From an uncultured Thermoplasmata archaeon (GTDB taxonomy: Archaea; Thermoplasmatota; Thermoplasmata; RBG-16-68-12), in the NCBI GenBank assembly GCA_963768855.1, contig CAVYJM010000007.1:1-64000 (forward strand): a stretch of 64,000 nucleotides of DNA. The letters run 5' to 3'. Shown one piece after another: positions 54,869 to 64,000 of the stretch. A model generated the notes under the pieces. That model worked only from the letters and a program-made list of their open reading frames with translations, was not told the DNA's origin and ran no database searches. The translations under genes and the position numbers were made by a program. Position 1 is the stretch's first letter. Each line of letters begins with the position of its first letter.

Positions 54869-54968
54869 CCGGCTCGGTTCGCTGGGCGTCCGGGCATTGT
54901 TTAAATAGCGCGGGGCGCCTTTTCCGCGGTCGGACGGGGCCGCTTGGCCGTCGTCCGAGGGGAGCTGG

Positions 54969-55988
54969 ATGGGGAAGGAAGACCGCGACCAGTGGATCGT
55001 GAAGTGCCCCAAGTGCGGGCGGATCGACGGGTCGTGCCGCCACGTGTCCCGTGAAGACGTGCGACGCATCCTGCGGCTGCTCAAGGCGGGCATCGAGGTC
55101 TTCCCCGCCGAAGACGACGAGCCGGAGATCCCGGAGCCCCACGTCCACGAGCCCACGCACCTCGCCCATGTGGTCAAGCCCCGCTTCGCCTGGTCCGACC
55201 TCGTCCTAGCCGCGGGGACGCAGGAGGCCCTCGAGGACGCCCTGACAGAACTCCGGCACAAGACCCTCATGTACAAGGGCTGGGGCCTTCGCAAGGTCGT
55301 GAAGAAGACGAAAGGGCTCTCCCTCCTGTTCGCAGGCCCGCCCGGGACGGGGAAGACGATGGCCGCGGAGGCCCTCGCGCACGAGCTCGGCCGTCCCCTG
55401 CACATCGTGAACTACGCGCAGATGGAGAACATGTGGGTCGGCGAGACGGAGAAGAACATCGAGCGCGTGTTCGCCAAGGCGGTCGAGGACAACGCGGTCC
55501 TCTTCTTCGACGAGGCCGACGCGGTCTTCTTCCGGCGCGGGTACATGACGGCCCCGTGGATGAATCGGGACGTGAACGTCCTACTCAGCCACATCGAGAA
55601 CTTCCCCGGAGTCGTAGTCCTGGCCACGAACCTGGCCCGCACGCTCGACAAGGCGCTCGACCGGCGCATCGACATCGCCGTCGAGTTCCCGATCCCGGAT
55701 GCGGCGATGAGGCGGGACCTGTATCGCCGCTGCGTGCCGGAACGGGCGCCGCTCGCGAAGGACGTGAACTTCACGGTCCTGGCCCAGCGGTATCCGCTGA
55801 GCGGCGGCTCGATCCTGAACGTCGTGCGGCAGGCGATGCGGAGCGCCCTCAAGCGGGGCAAGAGGCACCGCATCACCCAGGATGACTTCCTGCGCGCCGC
55901 CGAACGGGAGACGAAGAAATCGACGCTCCTCTCGCAGGACCATCTCCAGCCGAGCCTGCGGCAGGAGCGGATCCGCGGGTACGCGTGA
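54969..55988 (+). CDS. AAA+ ATPase (SpoVK/CDC48-like single module) with a Cys/His N-terminal domain
   Basis: GPPGTGKT, LFFDEAD, LATN, ALDRR; N-terminal CPKC..C.H. Confidence 0.88.
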   Translation: MGKEDRDQWIVKCPKCGRIDGSCRHVSREDVRRILRLLKAGIEVFPAEDDEPEIPEPHVHEPTHLAHVVKPRFAWSDLVLAAGTQEALEDALTELRHKTLMYKGWGLRKVVKKTKGLSLLFAGPPGTGKTMAAEALAHELGRPLHIVNYAQMENMWVGETEKNIERVFAKAVEDNAVLFFDEADAVFFRRGYMTAPWMNRDVNVLLSHIENFPGVVVLATNLARTLDKALDRRIDIAVEFPIPDAAMRRDLYRRCVPERAPLAKDVNFTVLAQRYPLSGGSILNVVRQAMRSALKRGKRHRITQDDFLRAAERETKKSTLLSQDHLQPSLRQERIRGYA

Positions 55989-55997
55989 AGCCGCCCC

Positions 55998-56300
55998 TCA
56001 GGGGCGCTTTTTCGACGGTTTCGAAGCTCGCGCGGCCGGACCTGCGCCGCCCGCTGCATCCTCCACGGCGATCGTGTAGCTATGCACGACAGGGTTCGCG
56101 AGAAGGCGGCGGCACATCTCCTCCGCGGCGACCTGCGCCTTGGGGCCGCTCGATGCCTCGAGGTCGATCAGGAAGAGCTTCGCGCTGTGGACACCGCGGA
56201 TTCCCTTGAATCCGAGCAGGTTCAGGGCCTTCGCCACGTTGTCCCCCTCGGGGTCGGTGACGCCCTTCTTCAGATGCACTTCGATCCGCACGCGCATCAT
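55998..56300 (-). CDS. purS: Phosphoribosylformylglycinamidine synthase subunit PurS
   Basis: V.LK.GV.DPEG, LLANPVV. Confidence 0.92.
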   Translation of the reverse strand: MMRVRIEVHLKKGVTDPEGDNVAKALNLLGFKGIRGVHSAKLFLIDLEASSGPKAQVAAEEMCRRLLANPVVHSYTIAVEDAAGGAGPAARASKPSKKRP

Positions 56301-56434
56301 GAGCCTCCGACGGGGGATGGTCCGCCCCTTCTTAGGCCTTTCCCGCGCACCTCCCGGTGGGCTCCGCACGGCAGCGGGGAATCGCGCCGAAAACGTTTTA
56401 TGGTCGCACCGTGGCATCGCCCTCGGAGAGCCTT

Positions 56435-56950
56435 ATGTTCCAGCCCACCGACGGACACCAGGGCGAGCAGACCCTCATGACCATGAAGCCGACGCGGTAC
56501 ATCGCGTTCCACTACTACGTCCTGTTCGTCCTCTCCCTGATCCTCGCACCCCTCGTGTACTTCCATCCATGGTACTTCGACCTCATCCCGCGCGCGACGT
56601 TCGGGCCGGTCAACACGGACCTCCTCCTCGTGGCTCTCCTTCTGATCCTCGCTCTGTACTCTCTCGTCCGCGCCGAGCTCAAACGCGCGACGACGTTCTA
56701 TGTGATCACGGACAACAAGATCATCCGCAAGGATGGGATCCTGAGCAAGAACACCCAGATGGTCCCTTACACCCAGCTCGAACGGGTCGACTTGAACCAG
56801 ACGATCGGGCAGCGGATTCTCCACATCGGGACCGTGGTCGTGGACACCGGGGACGACGTGCTCCGAATCGACCAGATCTCCCACCCGGAGAAGGTGCAAC
56901 AGCTCCTGAGCGCCCGCCTGGGCCGGCGCGCGTACGTCATGCAGCGCTGA
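56435..56950 (+). CDS. Membrane protein with a bacterial PH (bPH_2) domain
   Basis: Two TM helices; YVITDNKIIRKDGILSK, QTIGQRILHIGTV. Confidence 0.8.
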   Translation: MFQPTDGHQGEQTLMTMKPTRYIAFHYYVLFVLSLILAPLVYFHPWYFDLIPRATFGPVNTDLLLVALLLILALYSLVRAELKRATTFYVITDNKIIRKDGILSKNTQMVPYTQLERVDLNQTIGQRILHIGTVVVDTGDDVLRIDQISHPEKVQQLLSARLGRRAYVMQR

Positions 56951-57027
56951 GCCGGACGGGCCCGCCGCGGGAGCTTTAGAAAGGGAAAAATAAGGACCCG
57001 CGGATACGCGGGCCCGGAGACACGGGC

Positions 57028-57270
57028 ATGAAGCTGTTCGCGACCGAGCTCACGGGGAAGACGGTCATGACCGAGGACGGCCAGATCCTGGGGGTCCTCG
57101 CGGACTTCATCATGGACACGAAGACGGGCAAGATCGCATCGATGCTCGTGAGGCCTGCGGAGAACATCGAGCCGCGGCTGTTCAAGACGGACGCGGAGGG
57201 CCGCCTCATCCTGTCCTTCAAGACGATGAAGGCCGTGAAGGACGTCGTCGTGACGCAGCTCGCCGAGTAG
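57028..57270 (+). CDS. PRC-barrel domain protein
   Basis: TELTGKTVMTEDGQILG.L.D...D..TG, AVKDVVV. Confidence 0.85.
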   Translation: MKLFATELTGKTVMTEDGQILGVLADFIMDTKTGKIASMLVRPAENIEPRLFKTDAEGRLILSFKTMKAVKDVVVTQLAE

Positions 57271-57291
57271 GCGATCTGCAGGCCCGTGCCG

Positions 57292-57942
57292 CTACGGCCC
57301 TGTCAGGATCGGGAATGCAGCGATGATCCCGTTGAACACGAACTGCACGGCCACCGCCGCGATCAGGATGCCCATGATTCTCGAGAAGGCGTAGATTCCC
57401 ATACGCCCGACTCGCCGGAAGATCCGATCTGCGTTGGAGAGGAAGAGCCACCCGATGGTCATCGTCACCATGATTGCTGCAACGACGACGAGAACCTGGA
57501 AAGGGTCAAACGGCGTGTATGCGCCGGTCATCAGCACGATGACCGTCGTGATCGCGCCAGGTCCCGCGAACATGGGGATACCGAGGGGCACCACGCCGAC
57601 CATCTCCTTCTGGAGGGCTTCCTCTCGGTCTTGCTGGGTCAGCTGTGTTCGCGGGCGCTCCCCCTGCATCATCGACAGCCCGATTCGAAAAAGCAGAATC
57701 CCGCCGGCAACCTCGAACGCAGGCACCGTTGTCCCGAAGAAGGTGAAGATCAGCTTCCCCACGAGTGCGAAGACGATCAGCGTCCCGGTCGCCGCGAGGA
57801 CCGCCTTCTGGATCACGCGTTTCTTGAGTTCCGGCGTATAGTCCTGCGTCAGGATAACGAAGAAGGTCGTAGCGCCGAGCGGGTTCACGATCGCGAAGAT
57901 CGCGGCGAAGCTGGTGGTGATGAAGATGACGTCGACGGCCAT
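57292..57942 (-). CDS. MarC family membrane protein
   Basis: IVNPLG, AGGILLF, PLGIPMFAGPGAIT, RIMGILIAAVAVQ. Confidence 0.9.
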   Translation of the reverse strand: MAVDVIFITTSFAAIFAIVNPLGATTFFVILTQDYTPELKKRVIQKAVLAATGTLIVFALVGKLIFTFFGTTVPAFEVAGGILLFRIGLSMMQGERPRTQLTQQDREEALQKEMVGVVPLGIPMFAGPGAITTVIVLMTGAYTPFDPFQVLVVVAAIMVTMTIGWLFLSNADRIFRRVGRMGIYAFSRIMGILIAAVAVQFVFNGIIAAFPILTGP

Positions 57943-57973
57943 GGGGCGGGGGCACCCAGCACGTGACGTGCTA

Positions 57974-58732
57974 TTAGAACGTGTCGAGGACCTTGCGCGC
58001 GAAGGTGAGATAGCCCGTGTGGCCAAGGGCCGCGAAGGAGGGACGTACGCCGACTTCGCGCACCTCCATCTCGCGCTCGATCAGTTCCAGGGTGATCACG
58101 TCGATGAACGGCCGCTTGCGCAGCGCGGCGACCGTCTCCTTGACCTGCTCCATGTTGGGAGAGAAGGCCGCCAAGTGGCCGCAGGGCCGCAGGGCGTCCC
58201 ACGCCCCGGGTATCGCGGCCCACGGATCCGGGATGTCCAGGAAGACCGCATCCTGATCCCGCTCGCGGATGCCCGTCCGCACATCGCCCTCCCGGAACTC
58301 AACGACATCCGCGAGACCCGCACGATGTACGTTCCTCTGGGCCACCGCGAGGGCCTCCGGGCGGAGATCGTACGACGCGACCGACCCGGTCGGACCGACC
58401 GCGCAGGCGAGGGCGAGGGTGAGAGACCCGCTGCCGCTGCCGCCCTCCACGACATGCCCGCCGGGGCGGATATCCGCACGGAGGAGGAGCGACGCGATGT
58501 CCTTGGGCCCGATCGTCTGGGCCTCCCTTTGGAGGTTTGACAGCATGTCCATGGTCGACGCTTGGAGTACCAGGAACGGACGTCCCGCGAGCTCCACCCG
58601 ACGGCCCTCCTTTCCGCGCAGGCGCGCCAAGTCGATCACGCCAAGCCCATCCACCCGGACCGGACCTTCCGCCACCGGGAGCCAGAACCGGCGACCTTTT
58701 TCATCGAGCAAGACGACGGGCGCACCGGTCAT
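57974..58732 (-). CDS. trmI: tRNA (adenine-N1)-methyltransferase
   Basis: AQTIGPKD, EGGSGSGSLT, FLDIPDPW, VRP...GHTGYL. Confidence 0.92.
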   Translation of the reverse strand: MTGAPVVLLDEKGRRFWLPVAEGPVRVDGLGVIDLARLRGKEGRRVELAGRPFLVLQASTMDMLSNLQREAQTIGPKDIASLLLRADIRPGGHVVEGGSGSGSLTLALACAVGPTGSVASYDLRPEALAVAQRNVHRAGLADVVEFREGDVRTGIRERDQDAVFLDIPDPWAAIPGAWDALRPCGHLAAFSPNMEQVKETVAALRKRPFIDVITLELIEREMEVREVGVRPSFAALGHTGYLTFARKVLDTF

Positions 58733-58827
58733 CGGGCGGCCGAGCGGCGCGAGCCCCTATGTGCTTTTCGCTCCCTTCGATTCGTTGCGGAAAGCGTTAT
58801 CCCGCCAAGGCGGTTATCCCGCCGCAC

Positions 58828-59946
58828 ATGGCGGTGCGAGGGGGCACGGCAACGGCTGAACCGAGCCGGCGTCCGCGTCTCTCCCGGCGGACCTTGCGCA
58901 TCCTGTTCCCATTCCTCCTCGTCGGCGTGCTCGTCATCATCTCGGGCCTCCTGTTCGGCGCGGCCGGCCTGAACAGCGCCATCCAGGGTGTGGTGGATGC
59001 GAGCATCCTCATCCCCGGGGCCATCGGCCTGTCCCTCCTCTACGGGATCCGCAAGTTCGCGAACTTCGCGCACGGGGAACTCATGACCCTCGGCGGCTAC
59101 ACCGCCTTCCTCCTGAACGTCCAGATGGGCCTGGCGCTCTTCTGGGGTTTTTTCGTCGCGCCGATCGCCCTCGCCGTCGTCGGGATCCTCCTGGAACTGC
59201 TCATCTTCTCGAAGCTGGAGGGACGGGGGAGCATCCCGCCCCTGGTCGCTTCGATCGGCCTGTCCCTTTTCCTGCAAAGCCTCGTCTCCGTGATCTGGGG
59301 CACGAACATCAACTCATACCGCTACGAGATCCCGCAGAACTGGGTCGGAATCGGCGGCCTCACCCTGAACCCCCTCAAAGGGGCGTTGACGATCGCGCTG
59401 GCGGCCATCTTCATGGTCCTGGTCCACGCCCTCCTGACCTGGACCACGCTGGGGAAGGCGATGCGGGCGACCGCGGACAACATGGACCTCGCCCGGACCA
59501 CCGGGATCCGCACGCGCCAGGTCATCCTGTGGACGTGGGTGATGAGCGCCGCGCTGGCGGGCGTGGGCGGGATCCTGATCGGGATTGCACGGGATGTCCG
59601 CCCCACGATGGGGTTCGACCTGCTGCTGCTCATCTTCGCATCCGTGATCCTGGGGGGCATTGGCTCGGCCTACGGTGCGATGCTCGGAGGTCTGGTGATC
59701 GGCCTCGCCACGGACATGTCGATTCCCTACCTGCAGTGGCTCGGGGCGCATGCGGGCGTCGTGAACGCTACGGCCTACAGCCCCGCGATCGCCTTCATCA
59801 TCATGGTCATCGTCCTCCTCGTCCGGCCGGAGGGCATCCTCGGAGTCCGGAGGGAGCGTGGGGGGACTGGGGCCGTCCGATGGCTCCTCTCCCGACTGAG
59901 GCGGCGGCCAGGCACCGAGCCGCCGGTGAGCCCGGAGGCGGAGTAG
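58828..59946 (+). CDS. livH: Branched-chain amino acid ABC transporter permease
   Basis: NFAHGE, T.LG..MRA.A.N..LA...GI, ILGGIGS. Confidence 0.88.
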   Translation: MAVRGGTATAEPSRRPRLSRRTLRILFPFLLVGVLVIISGLLFGAAGLNSAIQGVVDASILIPGAIGLSLLYGIRKFANFAHGELMTLGGYTAFLLNVQMGLALFWGFFVAPIALAVVGILLELLIFSKLEGRGSIPPLVASIGLSLFLQSLVSVIWGTNINSYRYEIPQNWVGIGGLTLNPLKGALTIALAAIFMVLVHALLTWTTLGKAMRATADNMDLARTTGIRTRQVILWTWVMSAALAGVGGILIGIARDVRPTMGFDLLLLIFASVILGGIGSAYGAMLGGLVIGLATDMSIPYLQWLGAHAGVVNATAYSPAIAFIIMVIVLLVRPEGILGVRRERGGTGAVRWLLSRLRRRPGTEPPVSPEAE

Positions 59947-59947
59947 C

Positions 59948-61165
59948 GTGGCCATCGCGGACATCAGCGGCTTCCCGATCGAGTTCGCCTTCTTCATGAC
60001 CTTCGCATGCGTCTACGCCCTCCTCGCGATGGGACTGAACGTCCAGTGGGGCCAGACGGGGCTCTTCAACGCAGGGATCGCGGCCTTCTATGCGATCGGG
60101 GCCTACGTGACCGCGATCCTGATCACCGCACCCGCACCCTCGATCGCGGGCATCTACCCGGGCCACCTCGGCGGGTTCTCCCAAAACTGGCTCGTCGCGC
60201 TACCCGTCTCCGCGCTCCTCTCCGGCGCAATCGGGTTCCTCATCGCGATCCCGACCCTGCGCCTCCGTACGGACTACCTGGCCATCGCAACCCTCGGACT
60301 CGGCGAAGTTATCCGGCTGATCCTCCTCAACGACGCTCCCCTGACCGGCGGGACCATCGGGATCTTCTTTATTCCCAAGATGTTCGCGAACTTCAAGTTC
60401 ATCCCGCAGGGGTGGCAGCAGATCCTCATCGCGGTCGTCGCGGTCGTGATCGTCGTGGTCACGCTGCTCATCCTGGAGTACCTCGGCCGGAGCCCGTGGG
60501 CCCGCGTCCTCAAGTCCATCCGCGAGGACGAGGACGCCGCGGAGGTCCTGGGAAAGGACACCTTCGGCTTCAAGCTGCAATCCTTCGTGCTCGGCTGCAT
60601 GGTCATGGGAGCGGCCGGCTCCGTGTTCACGGTCTTCCTGATCTACATCGAGCCCGCCCAGACGTTCGCACCCATCGTCACCTTCACGGTCTGGGCGATG
60701 CTCCTGCTCGGGGGCAGCGGGAACTACAAGGGCGCGATCCTCGGCGCCTTCCTCTTCTATTTCATCGACTGGGAGACGATGCGAATCCAGATCGGGCTGA
60801 GCGGGACCACCGGCATCCCGTCCGTCACGCCCCTCCTCTCCCAGTCCGCCGCGCTGGCCGTCACGATCCTCCCGTTCGTCCTCCTGAACGCCGTCCTGAT
60901 CCTGGGATCGGTCTATTGGCCGCGGCTGCGAAAGCGGGGCGGTCTGAATCGAAAGCGCGTCATCAGCCTGACCCTCTGGGCGATTGGCGAGGGCATCCTC
61001 GCGTGGACCCTCTACTACTCGTTCCTCCACCCGAACTATCTCTCGGACAACATCGTCTACTTCCGGGTCATGCTCGTCGGCCTGATCCTCATCCTGATCG
61101 TCGTGTACCGCCCCCAGGGCCTGATCCCCGAGAAGCTCCTCACGGTGCGGAGGCGATCCACGTGA
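59948..61165 (+). CDS. livM: Branched-chain amino acid ABC transporter permease
   Basis: G.TGL.N.G.AAF, LRLRTDYLAIATLG, SIREDE.AA, GG.GN. Confidence 0.88.
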   Translation: MAIADISGFPIEFAFFMTFACVYALLAMGLNVQWGQTGLFNAGIAAFYAIGAYVTAILITAPAPSIAGIYPGHLGGFSQNWLVALPVSALLSGAIGFLIAIPTLRLRTDYLAIATLGLGEVIRLILLNDAPLTGGTIGIFFIPKMFANFKFIPQGWQQILIAVVAVVIVVVTLLILEYLGRSPWARVLKSIREDEDAAEVLGKDTFGFKLQSFVLGCMVMGAAGSVFTVFLIYIEPAQTFAPIVTFTVWAMLLLGGSGNYKGAILGAFLFYFIDWETMRIQIGLSGTTGIPSVTPLLSQSAALAVTILPFVLLNAVLILGSVYWPRLRKRGGLNRKRVISLTLWAIGEGILAWTLYYSFLHPNYLSDNIVYFRVMLVGLILILIVVYRPQGLIPEKLLTVRRRST

Positions 61166-61932
61166 CCGGCCCGGCTGCGTCCCTGCTGCGCGTCAACGAC
61201 GTGCGGAAGTCGTTCGGCGGTCTCCAGGCCGTCGACGGGTGCACGCTGGACGTCCGGCGGGGGACGATTACCGGGCTGATCGGCCCCAACGGGGCGGGGA
61301 AGAGCACACTGTTCAACCTCATCGTCGGGCTCTATGCGCCGGATTCCGGGGAGATTTGGCTCGGGGACGATCGGATTGACGGCCTGCCCCCTCACCTGGT
61401 CGTCCGACGCGGACTTGTGAAGACCTGGCAGGTCCCCCGGGAGTTCAAGAATCTCCCCGTGCTCGACAACGTCATCCTGGCGGCCGGGGACAATCCCGGA
61501 GAGCGACTCTCCCAGCTGGTCTTCAGGCCGCTCCACGCATGGGGGCGGGAGGCGGACCTCGAGGAGGCCGCCCGGAAAATCCTCGCCACGGTCGGGCTCC
61601 AGAAGCTTGCGGAGATGCCGGCCAAGAACCTTTCCGGCGGCCAGAAGAAGCTCCTCGAGCTCGCGCGCGCCCTGATGACGAATCCAGACCTCATCCTCCT
61701 CGACGAGCCGATGGCCGGGGTGAATCCGGTGCTCGCCGTGCAGCTCATGGACCTGATCGGCCGGCTCCGGGCCGAAGGCCACACCTTCTTCCTGGTCGAG
61801 CACGACATGGAGACGGTCATGTCCCGTTGCGACTGGATCATCGTCATGCACGAGGGGCGCAAGATCGCGGAAGGGGTCCCCAAGGCGGTCCAGGCGAACC
61901 CGCTCGTCCTCGAGTCCTACCTCGGTGGGTGA
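61162..61932 (+). CDS. livG: Branched-chain amino acid ABC transporter ATP-binding protein
   Basis: GPNGAGKST, LSGGQ, LLDEP.AG, VEHDM. Confidence 0.92.
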   Translation: MTGPAASLLRVNDVRKSFGGLQAVDGCTLDVRRGTITGLIGPNGAGKSTLFNLIVGLYAPDSGEIWLGDDRIDGLPPHLVVRRGLVKTWQVPREFKNLPVLDNVILAAGDNPGERLSQLVFRPLHAWGREADLEEAARKILATVGLQKLAEMPAKNLSGGQKKLLELARALMTNPDLILLDEPMAGVNPVLAVQLMDLIGRLRAEGHTFFLVEHDMETVMSRCDWIIVMHEGRKIAEGVPKAVQANPLVLESYLGG

Positions 61933-61934
61933 GC

Positions 61935-62711
61935 ATGGCGCTCCTGGAGGCGAACGGAATCACGTCGGGCTACGGGGAGATGGAGATCCTCCATGGGGTC
62001 AGCATGCGGCTGAACGAGGGGGAGATCGTCGCGGTCCTCGGCCCGAACGGTGCGGGGAAGAGCACGCTCATCAAGACGGTCTTCGGGCTCCTGAAGCCCA
62101 CCTCGGGCAAGGTGGTCTTCGCAGGTCAGGACGTGACCGGCTTTGCGCCGGAGAGAATCGTCGTCCTAGGCCTCTCATACGTACCTCAAGTGAACAATGT
62201 GTTCCCGTCCCTCACGGTCCGCGAGAACCTCGAGATGGGCGGGATCGTCCTGAGGCGCTCGGCCTTGGCCCGGATCCTTCCGGGTCTGGGCGGATCCCGA
62301 TCCCCCGCGTCGGATCTGGAGGGAGGCCGCGACCTGGACGAACGGATCGCTGAGATCCTCGAGCTCTTCCCCGGACTCCAGGACCGCATGAAGGACCGGG
62401 TCGGCACCCTCAGCGGTGGCCAGCAGCACATGGTCGCGTTCGCGAAGAGCCTGGTCCTGAAGCCGCAGGTCCTCCTGATCGACGAGCCCTCCGCGGGGCT
62501 CGCCCCGAATCTCGTGACGATGATCTTCGACAAGATCCGGGAGATCCGTGAGCACGGTACGAGCATCGTCCTCGTCGAGCAGCGTGCGCGTCGTGCCCTG
62601 CAACTCGCGGATCGAGGATATATCCTCGACATGGGGAAAAACAAATATGAAGACCGAGGAGAGGCGTTGCTCCGGAACCCGGATATCGGACGCCTCTACC
62701 TCGGTGGTTGA
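61935..62711 (+). CDS. livF: Branched-chain amino acid ABC transporter ATP-binding protein
   Basis: GPNGAGKST, LSGGQQ, LIDEPSAGLAP, VEQ. Confidence 0.92.
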   Translation: MALLEANGITSGYGEMEILHGVSMRLNEGEIVAVLGPNGAGKSTLIKTVFGLLKPTSGKVVFAGQDVTGFAPERIVVLGLSYVPQVNNVFPSLTVRENLEMGGIVLRRSALARILPGLGGSRSPASDLEGGRDLDERIAEILELFPGLQDRMKDRVGTLSGGQQHMVAFAKSLVLKPQVLLIDEPSAGLAPNLVTMIFDKIREIREHGTSIVLVEQRARRALQLADRGYILDMGKNKYEDRGEALLRNPDIGRLYLGG

Positions 62712-62727
62712 CCCTCCTGCCGCCCTC

Positions 62728-63999
62728 TCACGAGGTCCACGCGATGACCTGGGCCTCCGCGAAGAACTTGACCTGGACAATCTTGTTGCTCGTGTTCATG
62801 CCCCAGATCTCGTAGGAGCTCGTCGGATCCCCGAACTGGTTCCAGTTCAACGAGCCCGATGCGCCCTCGTAGTTGATCGCGCCCGACACGGCCTTGGCCG
62901 CCGTGAAGTTGCCCGGTCCCGGGTAGACCTTCGTTCCCGTGCCCGCGGACGTCCCCGAGATGGGAATCATCTGGGCCTTGATGGAAGGTCCGTCGACGGC
63001 TTTCGCCTTCATCGCGGCGAGGGCAATCATGTAGGCCGCATCGTACCCCTCGCTTGCGAACAGGCCCGGCTTGTGGCCGTACGTCGCGTTGAACTTGTTC
63101 GCGAAGTCATCGTAGAGGGCGCCCGTCGGAGATGTGGGGGCGCTCCCCTGGATCGCGCTGACGGGGACCGAGTTCGTCACGAGGCTGTCGATGAAGGACT
63201 GCGCCTGCAAGCCCTCCGAGAACAGCCAGTTCGTCGGCCACGAGGCGTGGTTCGCATACCAGTCCTTCATGAGCTGGAGGCCCGTGTCCGGATAGGCGAT
63301 GAAGTAGATCCCGTCGGGGTTGCCGCTCGAGAACGCGGTCTGCAGGTACGTCGAGTAGCTCGCCAGGGCCTGCGGCACGATCACCTTCTCCAGGACATGG
63401 CCGCCGAGGGTCGTGAACGAGTTCTGGAAGACGGAGGCGAGGCCGTTGCCGTATGGGTTGTCGATCGCGATGATCGACACGTTCTTCCAGGTCCGGTTGT
63501 CCCAGGCATAGTGCGCCGCCACGACGCCCTGGAGGGCGTCCGAGGGGACGGTCCGGAAGTACCAGCCGCCCGTCAGGGTGAGGTTCGAGAACAGCGGCGA
63601 CGTCGACGCGGGAGAGACCTCCACGACCTGGTTCTGGGCGCAGACACTGATCACGGATGCGGAGACCCCCGAGGCCAGCGAGCCGATAATCGCGGTCACG
63701 TGATTCTGCTGGATGAGCGTGGTGGCCACGGCCGCCCCGGTTGCAGGCGTGGTGGCGTCGTCCCCGCTGAAGAGCTGGACATCCGTTCCATTCACGCCGC
63801 CCTGGGCGTTAATCTCGCCGACCGCCATCTGGATCGCCTTGAGGATGTCGGGTCCATAGGCTGCTAGACCGCCGGTCTGCGATAAGACGGCTCCAATCCG
63901 TAGTGGCGTGGGTGCCGATGTCGCGGGTGGATTGAACACCCCAGCGAGCACGGCAGCCGCGAGCACCACGACGACGATCACGATCACTGCGACGATGGC
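62728..63999 (-). CDS. ABC transporter substrate-binding protein (LivK/LivJ-like), N-terminus beyond the window end
   Basis: IGAVLSQTG, EINAQGG.NG, FRTVPSD, YDA, GASG...W...GD. Confidence 0.88.
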   Translation of the reverse strand, partial: AIVAVIVIVVVVLAAAVLAGVFNPPATSAPTPLRIGAVLSQTGGLAAYGPDILKAIQMAVGEINAQGGVNGTDVQLFSGDDATTPATGAAVATTLIQQNHVTAIIGSLASGVSASVISVCAQNQVVEVSPASTSPLFSNLTLTGGWYFRTVPSDALQGVVAAHYAWDNRTWKNVSIIAIDNPYGNGLASVFQNSFTTLGGHVLEKVIVPQALASYSTYLQTAFSSGNPDGIYFIAYPDTGLQLMKDWYANHASWPTNWLFSEGLQAQSFIDSLVTNSVPVSAIQGSAPTSPTGALYDDFANKFNATYGHKPGLFASEGYDAAYMIALAAMKAKAVDGPSIKAQMIPISGTSAGTGTKVYPGPGNFTAAKAVSGAINYEGASGSLNWNQFGDPTSSYEIWGMNTSNKIVQVKFFAEAQVIAWTS

Positions 64000-64000
64000 C

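Noticed and set aside
5686-63867. Many long Arg/Gly/Pro-rich overlapping and antisense ORFs
   Set aside because: Expected from stop-codon scarcity in high-GC DNA; each overlaps a better-supported gene.
58828-63999. Binding-protein gene convergent with livHMGF rather than co-operonic
   Set aside because: A separately transcribed binding protein is common for ABC systems; not unusual enough to report.
1-64000. CRISPR arrays, tRNA, rRNA and SRP RNA genes
   Set aside because: No regularly spaced repeats or cloverleaf/rRNA signatures were seen by eye in the intergenic gaps. tRNAscan-SE or Infernal would be needed to exclude them fully.

Overview
Mostly a GC-rich archaeal chromosome segment. Archaeal-type TyrRS, ProRS, CTP-dependent RibK, TrmI and a Taw2-like enzyme point to Thermoplasmata (inference). 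It carries housekeeping and metabolic genes (bcp, msrA, tyrS, proS, ftcD/cyclodeaminase/hutU, purQ/L/S, livHMGF plus a binding protein) and many secreted, membrane and Zn-finger hypothetical proteins. Three parts stand out. (1) Bases 1 to ~3405 have lower GC, carry an indel-ridden leuC-leuD-leuB operon and are fused mid-gene to the GC-rich DNA, so this is probably an assembly chimera. (2) A lower-GC cassette at ~12.2-13.75 kb couples a Myb-repeat/LAGLIDADG endonuclease gene (split by one in-frame TGA) to thyX. (3) A 5.4-kb integrated element (27348-32782) encodes a frameshifted HUH rolling-circle Rep, Zn-finger microproteins, an HTH protein and an atypical tyrosine recombinase. It is flanked by 35-bp direct repeats matching the 3' end of the RNase P RNA gene (rnpB), which the ORF track cannot show. 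A second, degenerate att scar and a one-gene remnant lie next to it, suggesting rnpB is a recurrent integration site. No tRNA, rRNA or CRISPR array was recognised. Everything was read by eye; no database searches were run.
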